A stretch of 33,202 nt of DNA from Lentisphaeria bacterium. GTDB taxonomy: Bacteria; Verrucomicrobiota; Lentisphaeria; JABSQK01; CAJWLW01. Location: positions 30,796-63,997 of the forward strand of contig JASLZG010000001.1 in NCBI GenBank assembly GCA_030754995.1. The letters run 5' to 3'. Both the position numbers and the translations under genes were made by a program. Below the pieces are notes generated by a model. It was not told the origin of the DNA, did no database searches, and worked only from the letters and a program-made list of their open reading frames with translations. Of the stretch, positions 1 through 8,263 are shown in pieces; position 1 is the stretch's first letter, and each line of letters opens with the position of its first letter.

Positions 1-1812
1 CGGATGCCCGCCCACCGCGTAACCGAGCGCGGTGGAATACCAGTTTGCACTCTGGTTGATATAGGTGTGATGACCGCCGTGCGAACGTGCCATATGCGAG
101 GCCTGTCGCAGGTAGTCAATCCAGTCTGTCCAGCGGCGGCGCGGATCCGTTGGGTTATGGAAGGCCATTACGATGCTCTCATCCATCATCAGGGAGCCGT
201 CCCGGCAGTAGATTTTCCAGGTGTCACTCGACTTCGGCCCCAGCAGGCTGCGGCCCAGGTTGTTGCCGATTCCCGCCGGTGGATCGAGGGCGGCCAGCAC
301 CTGCTTGACGTTGGGGAAGTGCTCGGTCGAGAGCGGCGCGGCATCGTAGCGGAACGCTTCCCAACCGTACTGCGCGGCGCTCGCGACGATCTGCTCGATA
401 TGGTACTCCAGGTAAGTCTTGCCGTCGAACGGAGAGACCACGTCGAAGTGCATTTCAATATGGGGATAGGCGGTTCCGGGGAAGAATTCGCCATTCATGT
501 ATTTCTCCATGACAGCGGTATTGAACCCGGCGTCCCTGTACCATTCGGGGTGGATTCGGATGACCTCGAAACCGGGCCAGCCGAACGGGATCGCGTTCAA
601 ATAGGCGACCGGCGCGATACCGTGCGCCTTCATCAGGCGGATGACGTGCAGGAGCTGCTTGCGCGAGACGATGTAGAAGGTCTGGCCGGTGAGGTATAGC
701 TCGTCGGTCTCCTCCGTCATGACGGTCGCATCCTCGCGCGCCCAGGCGAAGTACTCGTAGTAGGTGACGTAGTCGCGGCGCGAGGATTCGATGGCCAGCG
801 TGGTGTCCTTGACGTACTGGTCCCAGTTGTCCATCACCTTCTCTTTGAATCCCGCCAGGCCCAGGTGCCCGGAAGACGAGAGGAAGTAGGGGACATCGAA
901 CAAGCCGTTGCCCTGGATCATGCAGCGGAACGGGCTGTCGCTGACGGCGAACACGTCGCCGCGTTGATCGATCACTTGCCCATCCAGCAGCAGTTCACCG
1001 ACCGCCTCATAGCCGCCGTCTTCGGCGGGGACGACAAAGGGCACGGTGCTGCTGACGGTGGCCAACGCCGGCACCGTGAAACGCTTTGCCCGGCCGGGGA
1101 TTCGCTGGGCGGTGTCGGTGGTTACCACGGGGCGCACGTCGACCGTCTGCGGCTCGCCGGTGGCGTTCGTCAGGCGGATGTCCAGCGCCGCCTTTTCGGC
1201 ATGCTTGTAACGGAGCTTGACCGGGCGCGCCCAGCTGATGGATACCGGCAAGTCGAGCTTCTCCAGCTTCATCGAGGACTTCTCCACCTGCACCGTGCCG
1301 GCGTCACAGGTTGTGTCACCGACATACATCAGCCCCGCCTTCGCGGGCTTGCCGCTCTCCACATCAAAGGCCAGCGAGAACTCCTGCCACCTGCCCGGCG
1401 CGTCAAAGACGCAGCCGCTCATGGAGACGGATGCATCCGTCAAGGGGATAGGTCCATACCCGGTCGGGATTATCAGGCCGCCGGCCGCCCGGCTTACCAA
1501 CGCCTGAAGCACCAGCGTGCTGACGCCGAGCTTCTCGGTGCGGGCCCGCAGTGTGACGCGATAACGGCCCGGCTGCGTGACCGGCTCCCAGTCGACCACG
1601 GGGACCTGGGGATAGTACTTGGGCCCCAGCTGGACGCCGCCTTTAACAAAGAGCAGATCGTTCTCCAGCACCGTGCCGTTTTCCACTTCGCGGGTGTCGG
1701 GGCCGCTCTTCCATGGCATCAACCCGGCGGCATCGCCTACCGAAGACAACAGAGCTGCGCAGAAAATTGCCGGCATCACATGAGTCCGGGCAAACCCGGT
1801 GGTACTTGTCAT
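1..1812 (-). CDS. Secreted GH66 (dextranase/CITase)-like glycoside hydrolase, 3' end truncated by the window edge
   Basis: Manual translation gives ATG at 1812 after a GGGGAG RBS and 604 open codons to position 1 (MTSTTGFARTHVMPAIFCAALLSSVGDAAG...). It has a signal-peptide-like N-terminus and a beta-rich domain. GH66-like segments follow: KLRYKHAEKAALDIRLTN, GYEAVGELLLDGQVIDQRGDVFAVSDSPFR, YYEYFAW, VSRKQLLHVIRLMKAHGIAPVAY and YGWEAFRYD. It is absent from the ORF track because there is no stop in the window. Confidence 0.7.
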   Translation of the reverse strand, partial: MTSTTGFARTHVMPAIFCAALLSSVGDAAGLMPWKSGPDTREVENGTVLENDLLFVKGGVQLGPKYYPQVPVVDWEPVTQPGRYRVTLRARTEKLGVSTLVLQALVSRAAGGLIIPTGYGPIPLTDASVSMSGCVFDAPGRWQEFSLAFDVESGKPAKAGLMYVGDTTCDAGTVQVEKSSMKLEKLDLPVSISWARPVKLRYKHAEKAALDIRLTNATGEPQTVDVRPVVTTDTAQRIPGRAKRFTVPALATVSSTVPFVVPAEDGGYEAVGELLLDGQVIDQRGDVFAVSDSPFRCMIQGNGLFDVPYFLSSSGHLGLAGFKEKVMDNWDQYVKDTTLAIESSRRDYVTYYEYFAWAREDATVMTEETDELYLTGQTFYIVSRKQLLHVIRLMKAHGIAPVAYLNAIPFGWPGFEVIRIHPEWYRDAGFNTAVMEKYMNGEFFPGTAYPHIEMHFDVVSPFDGKTYLEYHIEQIVASAAQYGWEAFRYDAAPLSTEHFPNVKQVLAALDPPAGIGNNLGRSLLGPKSSDTWKIYCRDGSLMMDESIVMAFHNPTDPRRRWTDWIDYLRQASHMARSHGGHHTYINQSANWYSTALGYAVGGHP

Positions 1813-1921
1813 ATTCTCGATTCTCCCCCTCCCGTCCGGCGCTGGGGTGCAATCCAGCAACGGGCAGATTTTGTCGTGCGGTGACGGCGCTGCGCCCTGC
1901 CGCCACAGTTATCGATCATTT

Positions 1922-3400
1922 TCATCCGCGGTCCTGCTCCAGCGTGTTCAGATAGAGTTTATACGCCGCGTCATAAACCGCTTTCTTTGACGTGTCCGGT
2001 TCGATGTGTCGTTCGGTCATGGTCGTGGAACTGATCGCATCGGCATGATCCGAATAGATTCCGGCGGCGACACCAGCCATCAGCGCGGCGCCCAGGCAAG
2101 TGGATTGTTGACTGCGGGGAATGGAGACCGGCAAGCCGGTCGCGTCGGCCAGTATCTGCGACCACAGGTCGGAGGCGCCGCCGCCGGTCAGTTGCAGGCG
2201 GTTGATGTCGGGGACATGTTCGATCAACGCGTCCAGGGCATGACGCTGGGCAAAGACGACGCCTTCCAGGGCCGCCCGGGCCAGGTGCGCCGCGCCGTGT
2301 GACAACCGCAAGCCGATGATCTGCCCGCAGGCGTCGGGATCCCAGAGCGGCGACCCGGCACCGGCGAAGTGCGGCACCACCACGACCCCCTCGCTGCCCG
2401 GCGGTATCCGGGCGGCCATCTCGTCCATCGTCTTGAAGCTCAGTTCCTCGCCCTGCCCTGCCCCGTTCAGCAGGTCCCGCAACCAGCGATAGGCGGCACC
2501 GGCGGTCAACAGCAGGGCATCGACATCCCAGAGATCCGGCAGGGCCGCAGGACAGCAGTTCAGGCGCCGGTCAACAATCGGTTTTTCCGAGATCACGCCG
2601 ACCGCCGCGGCCGTCCCGATGTATATGCAGACGACCCCCCTGCCCTCGACTCCGGCGCCCAGCTTGAAACAGGCGTTGTCCGATCCTGACATAACCACGG
2701 GGGTGTCGGCGGCCAGTCCCGTGAACGTCGCCGCCGCCGCCGACAGCGGTCCGGCCACGGTGCCGGGCGGCACCAGCCGGGGAAGTTTGTCGGCCGTGAC
2801 CCCGGCGACCTTGAGCAATGCCTCTTCCCAGGACCGCGAGTGCAGGCCCATGAACCCCAGGTACGACCCGTTCGAGTCGTCGCAATACCAACCTTCGCCA
2901 GTCAAGGCATGTGCAAGCGCCGTTTGCGGCAACGCATAAACACTGGCGGCGGCGAATATGTCCGGGTGATTGTCCCGCCACCACATGATCTTGGTGATCG
3001 ACGGCGTTGGATCCAGGGCCACGCCGGTCAGGTTGAAGAAATCGTCCTGGCCGATTTCCTCCTTGATCTGTTCGGCCGCATCGGTGGCACGCCGGTCGTA
3101 CCAGAAAATGACCGGACCGACGGCTTGGCCGTCGGCGCCGAACGGCACAACCGTGGCCCGCGAGCCGGTCACGGCGATCGCTTTGACCTCGCCCACGGCG
3201 ACGCCACTGCTGTCGATCGCTTCCTTGAGGATTTCCAACGGCCACTGGGTCAGCACTTCGGCCGAACACTGAGCCCAGCCGGCCGCCGGCGAATCACTTG
3301 GGCAAGCGCGTGACGCGGTGGTGATTTCGTTCCCGTCGGTGTCGAAGAGGCAGGCTTTTACCTCGGATGCTCCGGCATCGATAGCGGCTATGTAGGTCAT
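1922..3400 (-). CDS. FGGY-family carbohydrate kinase (xylulokinase-like)
   Basis: 492 aa with IDAGASEVK N-terminal loop, IFWYDRR, GSDN, IGTA, VPHFAGAGSPLWD, RAALEGV, TGGGA-SDLWSQILAD and LGAALMA. Confidence 0.92.
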   Translation of the reverse strand: MTYIAAIDAGASEVKACLFDTDGNEITTASRACPSDSPAAGWAQCSAEVLTQWPLEILKEAIDSSGVAVGEVKAIAVTGSRATVVPFGADGQAVGPVIFWYDRRATDAAEQIKEEIGQDDFFNLTGVALDPTPSITKIMWWRDNHPDIFAAASVYALPQTALAHALTGEGWYCDDSNGSYLGFMGLHSRSWEEALLKVAGVTADKLPRLVPPGTVAGPLSAAAATFTGLAADTPVVMSGSDNACFKLGAGVEGRGVVCIYIGTAAAVGVISEKPIVDRRLNCCPAALPDLWDVDALLLTAGAAYRWLRDLLNGAGQGEELSFKTMDEMAARIPPGSEGVVVVPHFAGAGSPLWDPDACGQIIGLRLSHGAAHLARAALEGVVFAQRHALDALIEHVPDINRLQLTGGGASDLWSQILADATGLPVSIPRSQQSTCLGAALMAGVAAGIYSDHADAISSTTMTERHIEPDTSKKAVYDAAYKLYLNTLEQDRG

Positions 3401-3413
3401 TGGAAGGTTGGTT

Positions 3414-3423
3414 TAACCGGTTA
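3414..3423. promoter_or_regulatory. Perfect palindrome TAACCGGTTA, candidate LacI-type operator upstream of the kinase
   Basis: 10-bp palindrome with central CG, 14-23 nt upstream of the kinase ATG, in an AT-richer intergenic stretch. Confidence 0.4.
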
Positions 3424-3447
3424 GAGGTGAGAAAAATTTACGACGAG

Positions 3448-3468
3448 GACAACGCGGCAAGCGTTGTC
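3448..3468. repeat. Stem-loop GACAACGC-GGCAA-GCGTTGTC (REP-like or weak terminator after the GH127 genes)
   Basis: Perfect 8-bp stem with a 5-nt loop. On the minus strand a T5 run follows about 11 nt downstream. Confidence 0.45.
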
Positions 3469-3568
3469 GACCGCCGCAGCATCAGTAACTGGCAAGGCAA
3501 TGTGGTGCTCGCAGCGTTGCGGGTGATTTTCCATGGTTCCATTGTTCCATGCCTGCACGCTTCCGAGC

Positions 3569-5845
3569 TCACGTCTCCAACACCCTGATTTCATAGATGC
3601 CGCCCTCCTTGCCTTTCTTGAGCTGTGCGACGACCCTGAGTGCTGTAGTGGTTAGCGGTTCGAAATTGACCCGGCTGAACCACACCGTGTCGGTGGTGTA
3701 ACCGGACGGGCTGACGACCGGGCGCCAATTCTCCTTCGCATCGAGGTATTCGACCCGCCAGGACTCCGGCGCCCACACCTCGCCGGTGAAATACTGGTTG
3801 ACCCAGTACACCTCGAGGGCGAACACCGCCAGCGCTTTCTCAAAAGTCAGGCACAACCATTCCTCGGTACCGGTCCGCTGTGCCCAATTGAACCAGGTCA
3901 TCCCACTCCAGCGCGCCGGGCTGGACGGGAAGAGACCGTCGTTGACCGACTCGATCGACGATCCTTCACCAGCAGCGGAGGCTGTCAGCGCGGCGCCCAT
4001 TGCCGCCGTAGGCTCGACCGGGTCCTCGGCGACCAGTGTCGTCTCCGGCATCCAGACCAGCATCTCCCCGGCTTGCCGATTGTCCTTGGCATAAAACGGT
4101 ATTGCTTTGAGCAGCGTCTCCGTTTCCGGTTCGGCTGGCCGGTAGAGCTCGTCCCGCCACCGCGTCGGGGCGCGCCGGCGTCCGGCCGCAGTTACCGTCA
4201 CCACGCCGCCGAGGAGGTCTTTCTCGAAAGACTCTTTGAGCTCGGCGTCGCGCGGCAACGCCAGGTCAGTGACCCTGCCGCCGTTGTCGGTCGCCTCGAA
4301 GCAATAAAGCAGCGGCCCTCTCTGCACAGCGACACAGCCGGGCGAAGTCTTGATCTGCGGGTTGGCTTCCAGGCGCTCCGTCACCATTGACAGGTCCAGT
4401 TCGACTGCATCGCCGGTCTGCCACTGGCGCCTGAGCATTACGTAGCCGTCCGGCTCCTGCGAAGCGTTCGACGGCTCGCCGTTGACCGTGACCGAGAACG
4501 CCTTGCTCCATCCGGGCACGCGGAGCATGAGCGCGAACTCCGTCGGCTGCGGCAGCTTGATCTCGAACCTGACACGCGACTCCCACGGGTAGTCGGTAAC
4601 CTGTGCCAGCTCGACCTCCTGTCCCGACAGTTCGATCCGAGCCGTACTGCCGACGAAGAGATTCACATATATCGCATCATCGGATACGGCATACATCCAT
4701 TCGCTCACCTCGAGCATGCAGCGGACCCAGTTCGGCGGGCAACACCAGATGCGCGGGTCGCGATGCGTGTGGCCGCGGCTGAAGAGTGCGACGGAATAGA
4801 AGGTGCCGTCGCCCACGAGGCCGCCGGAGCCGAGGAATCCGTTATAGAGGGCCTGTTCCATGATATCGGCGTAGCGCGTGTCGGGCCGGGCGAGGAGCAG
4901 GCGATAGCTCATGAAAATGTTGCCGAGCGTCGCACACATCTCACAGTTGCTTTTCTTTTCGGAGAGATCATAAGGTTTGTCAAACCCTTCCTTGGTGCAC
5001 ACCTCGCCGAGTCCGCCATTGACGTACATCTTGCGATTCACCATGTCGCGCCAGACCCGGTCACCGGTTGCCAGCAGCTCTTCGTCTGCGGTGCGAATTG
5101 CCACATCGATCATGCCGGCGAAGAAATTCGTCGCGCGCACCGCGTGGCCGTGGCCCTGGGCGTCTTCGATGTGTTCGGCATGGCGGGCGTATTCGATCAG
5201 TGTTCGCGACTGCTCCAGGTAGGCGCTCTCGCCGGTGGCGTCGTACAACTTGGCCAGCGCCATTTCGACCCCCGGATGCCCGGCCCGGTCGAAAGTCACT
5301 TTACCGCTGCGAAAGACATCGACGATGTGGTCGGCCAGCCGCCGGGCGACGTCGAGCAGCGCGTGCTTTCCACTCAACCGATAGTAGGCGGCGGCGGCTT
5401 CCATGAGGTGGCCCGCCGCGAACAGTTCATGGTTGTCCATATCGCTCCAGCGTGGCGTCGACCGCACCTGGTGGCAACTATGCAGGTACCCGTCGCTTTC
5501 CTGGGCTTTGGCCACCACGTCGATACGCCGGTCCAGTTCCGCCTCGAGCTCGGCATCCGGCGCCAGCGCCAGGCCGGCTGCCATGGCTTCCAGCGTGTTG
5601 TGCACGAACATGTCCGACCAGCAATGCTGGTCGGTGCTGGGCGTGTACTCGCCTTCCACCTCATGCATTCCGGCCAAATACTCGAAGTCACCTATCAGCG
5701 GCTGGGAGGTCTCGAGAAGGTGCGGCAAATACACCTCGCGAACGCGCTTCAACCACGGCGCCCAGAAGTTGTCGGTCAGGCGCACATCCTCGAATCTCAC
5801 CGGCCTCAGCGGCTGGCGGCCGTCAATCTGTTGGTCGTCAGTCAA
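3569..5845 (-). CDS. GH127 (DUF1680, beta-L-arabinofuranosidase-like cysteine glycosidase) with C-terminal discoidin/F5-8-like domain, paralogue A
   Basis: 758 aa, TTG start after GGAGG. Motifs: HELFAAGH, GHPGVE, GHAVR, KMYVNGGLG..EGF, CEMCA, WCCPPNW, YVNLF, TDYPW, LRVPGW, VQRGPLLYCFE, IPFYA. C-terminal NDG...EEWL...VYW...PESWRVEY...ALRV beta-sandwich. Confidence 0.92.
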   Translation of the reverse strand: MTDDQQIDGRQPLRPVRFEDVRLTDNFWAPWLKRVREVYLPHLLETSQPLIGDFEYLAGMHEVEGEYTPSTDQHCWSDMFVHNTLEAMAAGLALAPDAELEAELDRRIDVVAKAQESDGYLHSCHQVRSTPRWSDMDNHELFAAGHLMEAAAAYYRLSGKHALLDVARRLADHIVDVFRSGKVTFDRAGHPGVEMALAKLYDATGESAYLEQSRTLIEYARHAEHIEDAQGHGHAVRATNFFAGMIDVAIRTADEELLATGDRVWRDMVNRKMYVNGGLGEVCTKEGFDKPYDLSEKKSNCEMCATLGNIFMSYRLLLARPDTRYADIMEQALYNGFLGSGGLVGDGTFYSVALFSRGHTHRDPRIWCCPPNWVRCMLEVSEWMYAVSDDAIYVNLFVGSTARIELSGQEVELAQVTDYPWESRVRFEIKLPQPTEFALMLRVPGWSKAFSVTVNGEPSNASQEPDGYVMLRRQWQTGDAVELDLSMVTERLEANPQIKTSPGCVAVQRGPLLYCFEATDNGGRVTDLALPRDAELKESFEKDLLGGVVTVTAAGRRRAPTRWRDELYRPAEPETETLLKAIPFYAKDNRQAGEMLVWMPETTLVAEDPVEPTAAMGAALTASAAGEGSSIESVNDGLFPSSPARWSGMTWFNWAQRTGTEEWLCLTFEKALAVFALEVYWVNQYFTGEVWAPESWRVEYLDAKENWRPVVSPSGYTTDTVWFSRVNFEPLTTTALRVVAQLKKGKEGGIYEIRVLET

Positions 5846-5891
5846 TGGCCCAACCTCCCCTTTTGCTGTCCCTGTTATTGTTCATCGACGC

Positions 5892-8192
5892 TCAACGATC
5901 TTCATGCTTGCCATCCGTCTCCAGCACCCTGACCTGGTAGATGCCTGCCTGCTTGCCTTCCTTCAGCTGCGCGACAACCCTGAGCGCCTTGGTTCGCACC
6001 GGCTCGAAATTGACCCTGCTGAACCACACCTGGTCGGTGGTGTAGCCCGATGGGCTGATGACCGGCTGCCACTTTTCCCTCTCATCGAGGTATTCGACTC
6101 GCCAGGACTCGGGAGCCCACGTGGTGCCATTCCAGAACTCGTCCAGCCAGTACACCTTGACGGCAAACAGTTCCAGGCTCTTCCCGAAAGCCAGGCTCAG
6201 CCATTCTTCAGTACCGAGCCGATCTCCCCACTTGAAGCCGGGCGTCTCCCCCCAGCGCTGCGGGCTTGAAGGAACGAGCCCGTCGTTGACCGCCTCGGGC
6301 GGCCACTCGTCAACCGAAACAGAAGCCTCTACCTTCGCGTCCATCGCTGCCGTGGCACCCAGTTGATCTTCGGCAACAAGCGTCGTCTCGGGGATCCAGA
6401 CCAGCATCTCCCCTGCTTGCCGATTGTCCCTGGCGTAAAAAGGCACCGCTTTCAGAATCGTCTCCTTTTCCGGCTTGACCGGACGGTAGAGTTCGTCCTT
6501 CCACTCGTGTGACGTCCTGCGGCGCCCGGCTGCACTCACCGTCACCACGCCGCCCAGGACATCTTCTTCAAAGAGTTCCTTCAGCTCGGCGCCACGCGGC
6601 AGCGCCAGGTCCATAACCTTCCCACCGTTATCCATCGCCTCGAAGCAGTAAAGGATCGGCCCTCTCCTCAAGGCCACACATCCCGGTGAGGTCTTGATTT
6701 GAGGGTTGGCTTCCAGGCGTTCGGTTTCCATTGACAGATTCAGGTCGACCACATCGCCCGCTTTCCACTCGCGGTTGAAAGTTACATAGCCATCCTGCCC
6801 CTGTAAAGCGTTTAATTTTTCGCCATTAACCCTGGTCGAAAACCCCTTGCTCCATCCGGGCACCCGGAGTTTCAGGGAGAAATTCGTTGGACCGGGCACC
6901 TTGACCTCAAATCTCACCTGCGGATTCCAGGGGTAGTCGGTGACCTGGGTCAGTTCGATCTTTTGCCCGGAGACCTCCATCTGGGCCGTACTGCCGGCAA
7001 AGAGATTCACGTATATCTGGTCATCGGAAACAGCGTATATCCATTCGCTCATCTCGAGCATACAGCGCGTCCAGTTCGGCGGACAACACCAGATGCGCTG
7101 GTCGCGACGAGTGTGGCCGCGGCTGAAAATCGACACGGAATAGAAGATACCCCTGCCGTCCATGCCGCCGGAGCCGAGGAATCCGTTATAGAGCGCCTGC
7201 TCGATGATGTCGGCATAGCGCGTGTCGGGCCGGGCAAGGATCAAGCGGTGACTCAGAAGAATACTTCCCAGCGCGGCGCACATCTCAGCGTTGCACTTCC
7301 TGTCGGAGAGGTCATAGGGTTTGTAGAATCCTTCCAGCGTACAGACTTCACCGAGCCCGCCGTGAACATACATTCTGCGATTCACCATGTCACGCCAGGC
7401 CCGGTCGGCGGCGGTCAGGAGCTCTTCATCCCCGGTGCGTATTGCCACATCTACCATCCCCGCGAACAGATTCGTCGTTCGCACCGCGTGTCCGTCGCCG
7501 TGGGCATCGTCGATATGTTCGGCATGGCGGGCGTACTCGACCAGGGACCGCGCCCGCTCGAGATATGCTTCCTTGCCGGTAACATCGTATAACTTGGCGA
7601 ATCCCATTTCCACGGCAGCGCAACCGGACCGATCGAAAGGTACGTGCCCGCCTTCGAACTGATCGACAATGTGGTCGGCCATCCGCACGGCAACGTCCAG
7701 CAGCGTCCGCTTTCCGGTTAACCGGCAGTGAGCCGCCGCGGCTTCCATGAGATGGGCCGCCACGAACAGTTCATCGCCGTCAATATCGTTCAAGCGTGGT
7801 TTGGCGCGCACCTGGAAGTAGCCGTTAAGGTACCCATCGCTGTCCTGGGCCCTGGCCATTATGTCAATGAGCCGGTCCAATTCGGACTCGAGCTCGACAT
7901 CGGGCTCCATGGCCAAACAGGCAGCCATGGCCTCCATCGTGTTGTACACGAACATATCCGACCAGCAAGGATGGCTGCAGGGCACATAGTCTCCCTCCAC
8001 CTGATGCATCCCGGCCAGGTACTCGAAGTCGCGCACCAGCGGCCGGGTGGTCTCCAGAAGATGCGGCAATGTGACATCGCGAATGCGCTTCAGCCACGGT
8101 GACCAGAAGTTGTCGTGCAGGCGGACATCCTCGAATCTCACCGGCCTCAGCGGCCGGCGGCCGGCAATCTGTTCACCGTCGGTCAATGGCAC
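5892..8192 (-). CDS. GH127 (DUF1680) glycosidase with C-terminal discoidin/F5-8-like domain, paralogue B
   Basis: 766 aa, colinear with paralogue A. Retains GHAVR, GGLGEVCTLEGF, AEMCA and WCCPPNW. Start is GTG at 8192 or TTG at 8186. Confidence 0.92.
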   Translation of the reverse strand: MPLTDGEQIAGRRPLRPVRFEDVRLHDNFWSPWLKRIRDVTLPHLLETTRPLVRDFEYLAGMHQVEGDYVPCSHPCWSDMFVYNTMEAMAACLAMEPDVELESELDRLIDIMARAQDSDGYLNGYFQVRAKPRLNDIDGDELFVAAHLMEAAAAHCRLTGKRTLLDVAVRMADHIVDQFEGGHVPFDRSGCAAVEMGFAKLYDVTGKEAYLERARSLVEYARHAEHIDDAHGDGHAVRTTNLFAGMVDVAIRTGDEELLTAADRAWRDMVNRRMYVHGGLGEVCTLEGFYKPYDLSDRKCNAEMCAALGSILLSHRLILARPDTRYADIIEQALYNGFLGSGGMDGRGIFYSVSIFSRGHTRRDQRIWCCPPNWTRCMLEMSEWIYAVSDDQIYVNLFAGSTAQMEVSGQKIELTQVTDYPWNPQVRFEVKVPGPTNFSLKLRVPGWSKGFSTRVNGEKLNALQGQDGYVTFNREWKAGDVVDLNLSMETERLEANPQIKTSPGCVALRRGPILYCFEAMDNGGKVMDLALPRGAELKELFEEDVLGGVVTVSAAGRRRTSHEWKDELYRPVKPEKETILKAVPFYARDNRQAGEMLVWIPETTLVAEDQLGATAAMDAKVEASVSVDEWPPEAVNDGLVPSSPQRWGETPGFKWGDRLGTEEWLSLAFGKSLELFAVKVYWLDEFWNGTTWAPESWRVEYLDEREKWQPVISPSGYTTDQVWFSRVNFEPVRTKALRVVAQLKEGKQAGIYQVRVLETDGKHEDR

Positions 8193-8263
8193 GGGGTTTC
8201 CCTCGATTTTTCCTCTTGCACGTTGGGTGGAAGCCTATCGACTGAACACAGAGGAATCAAGCT

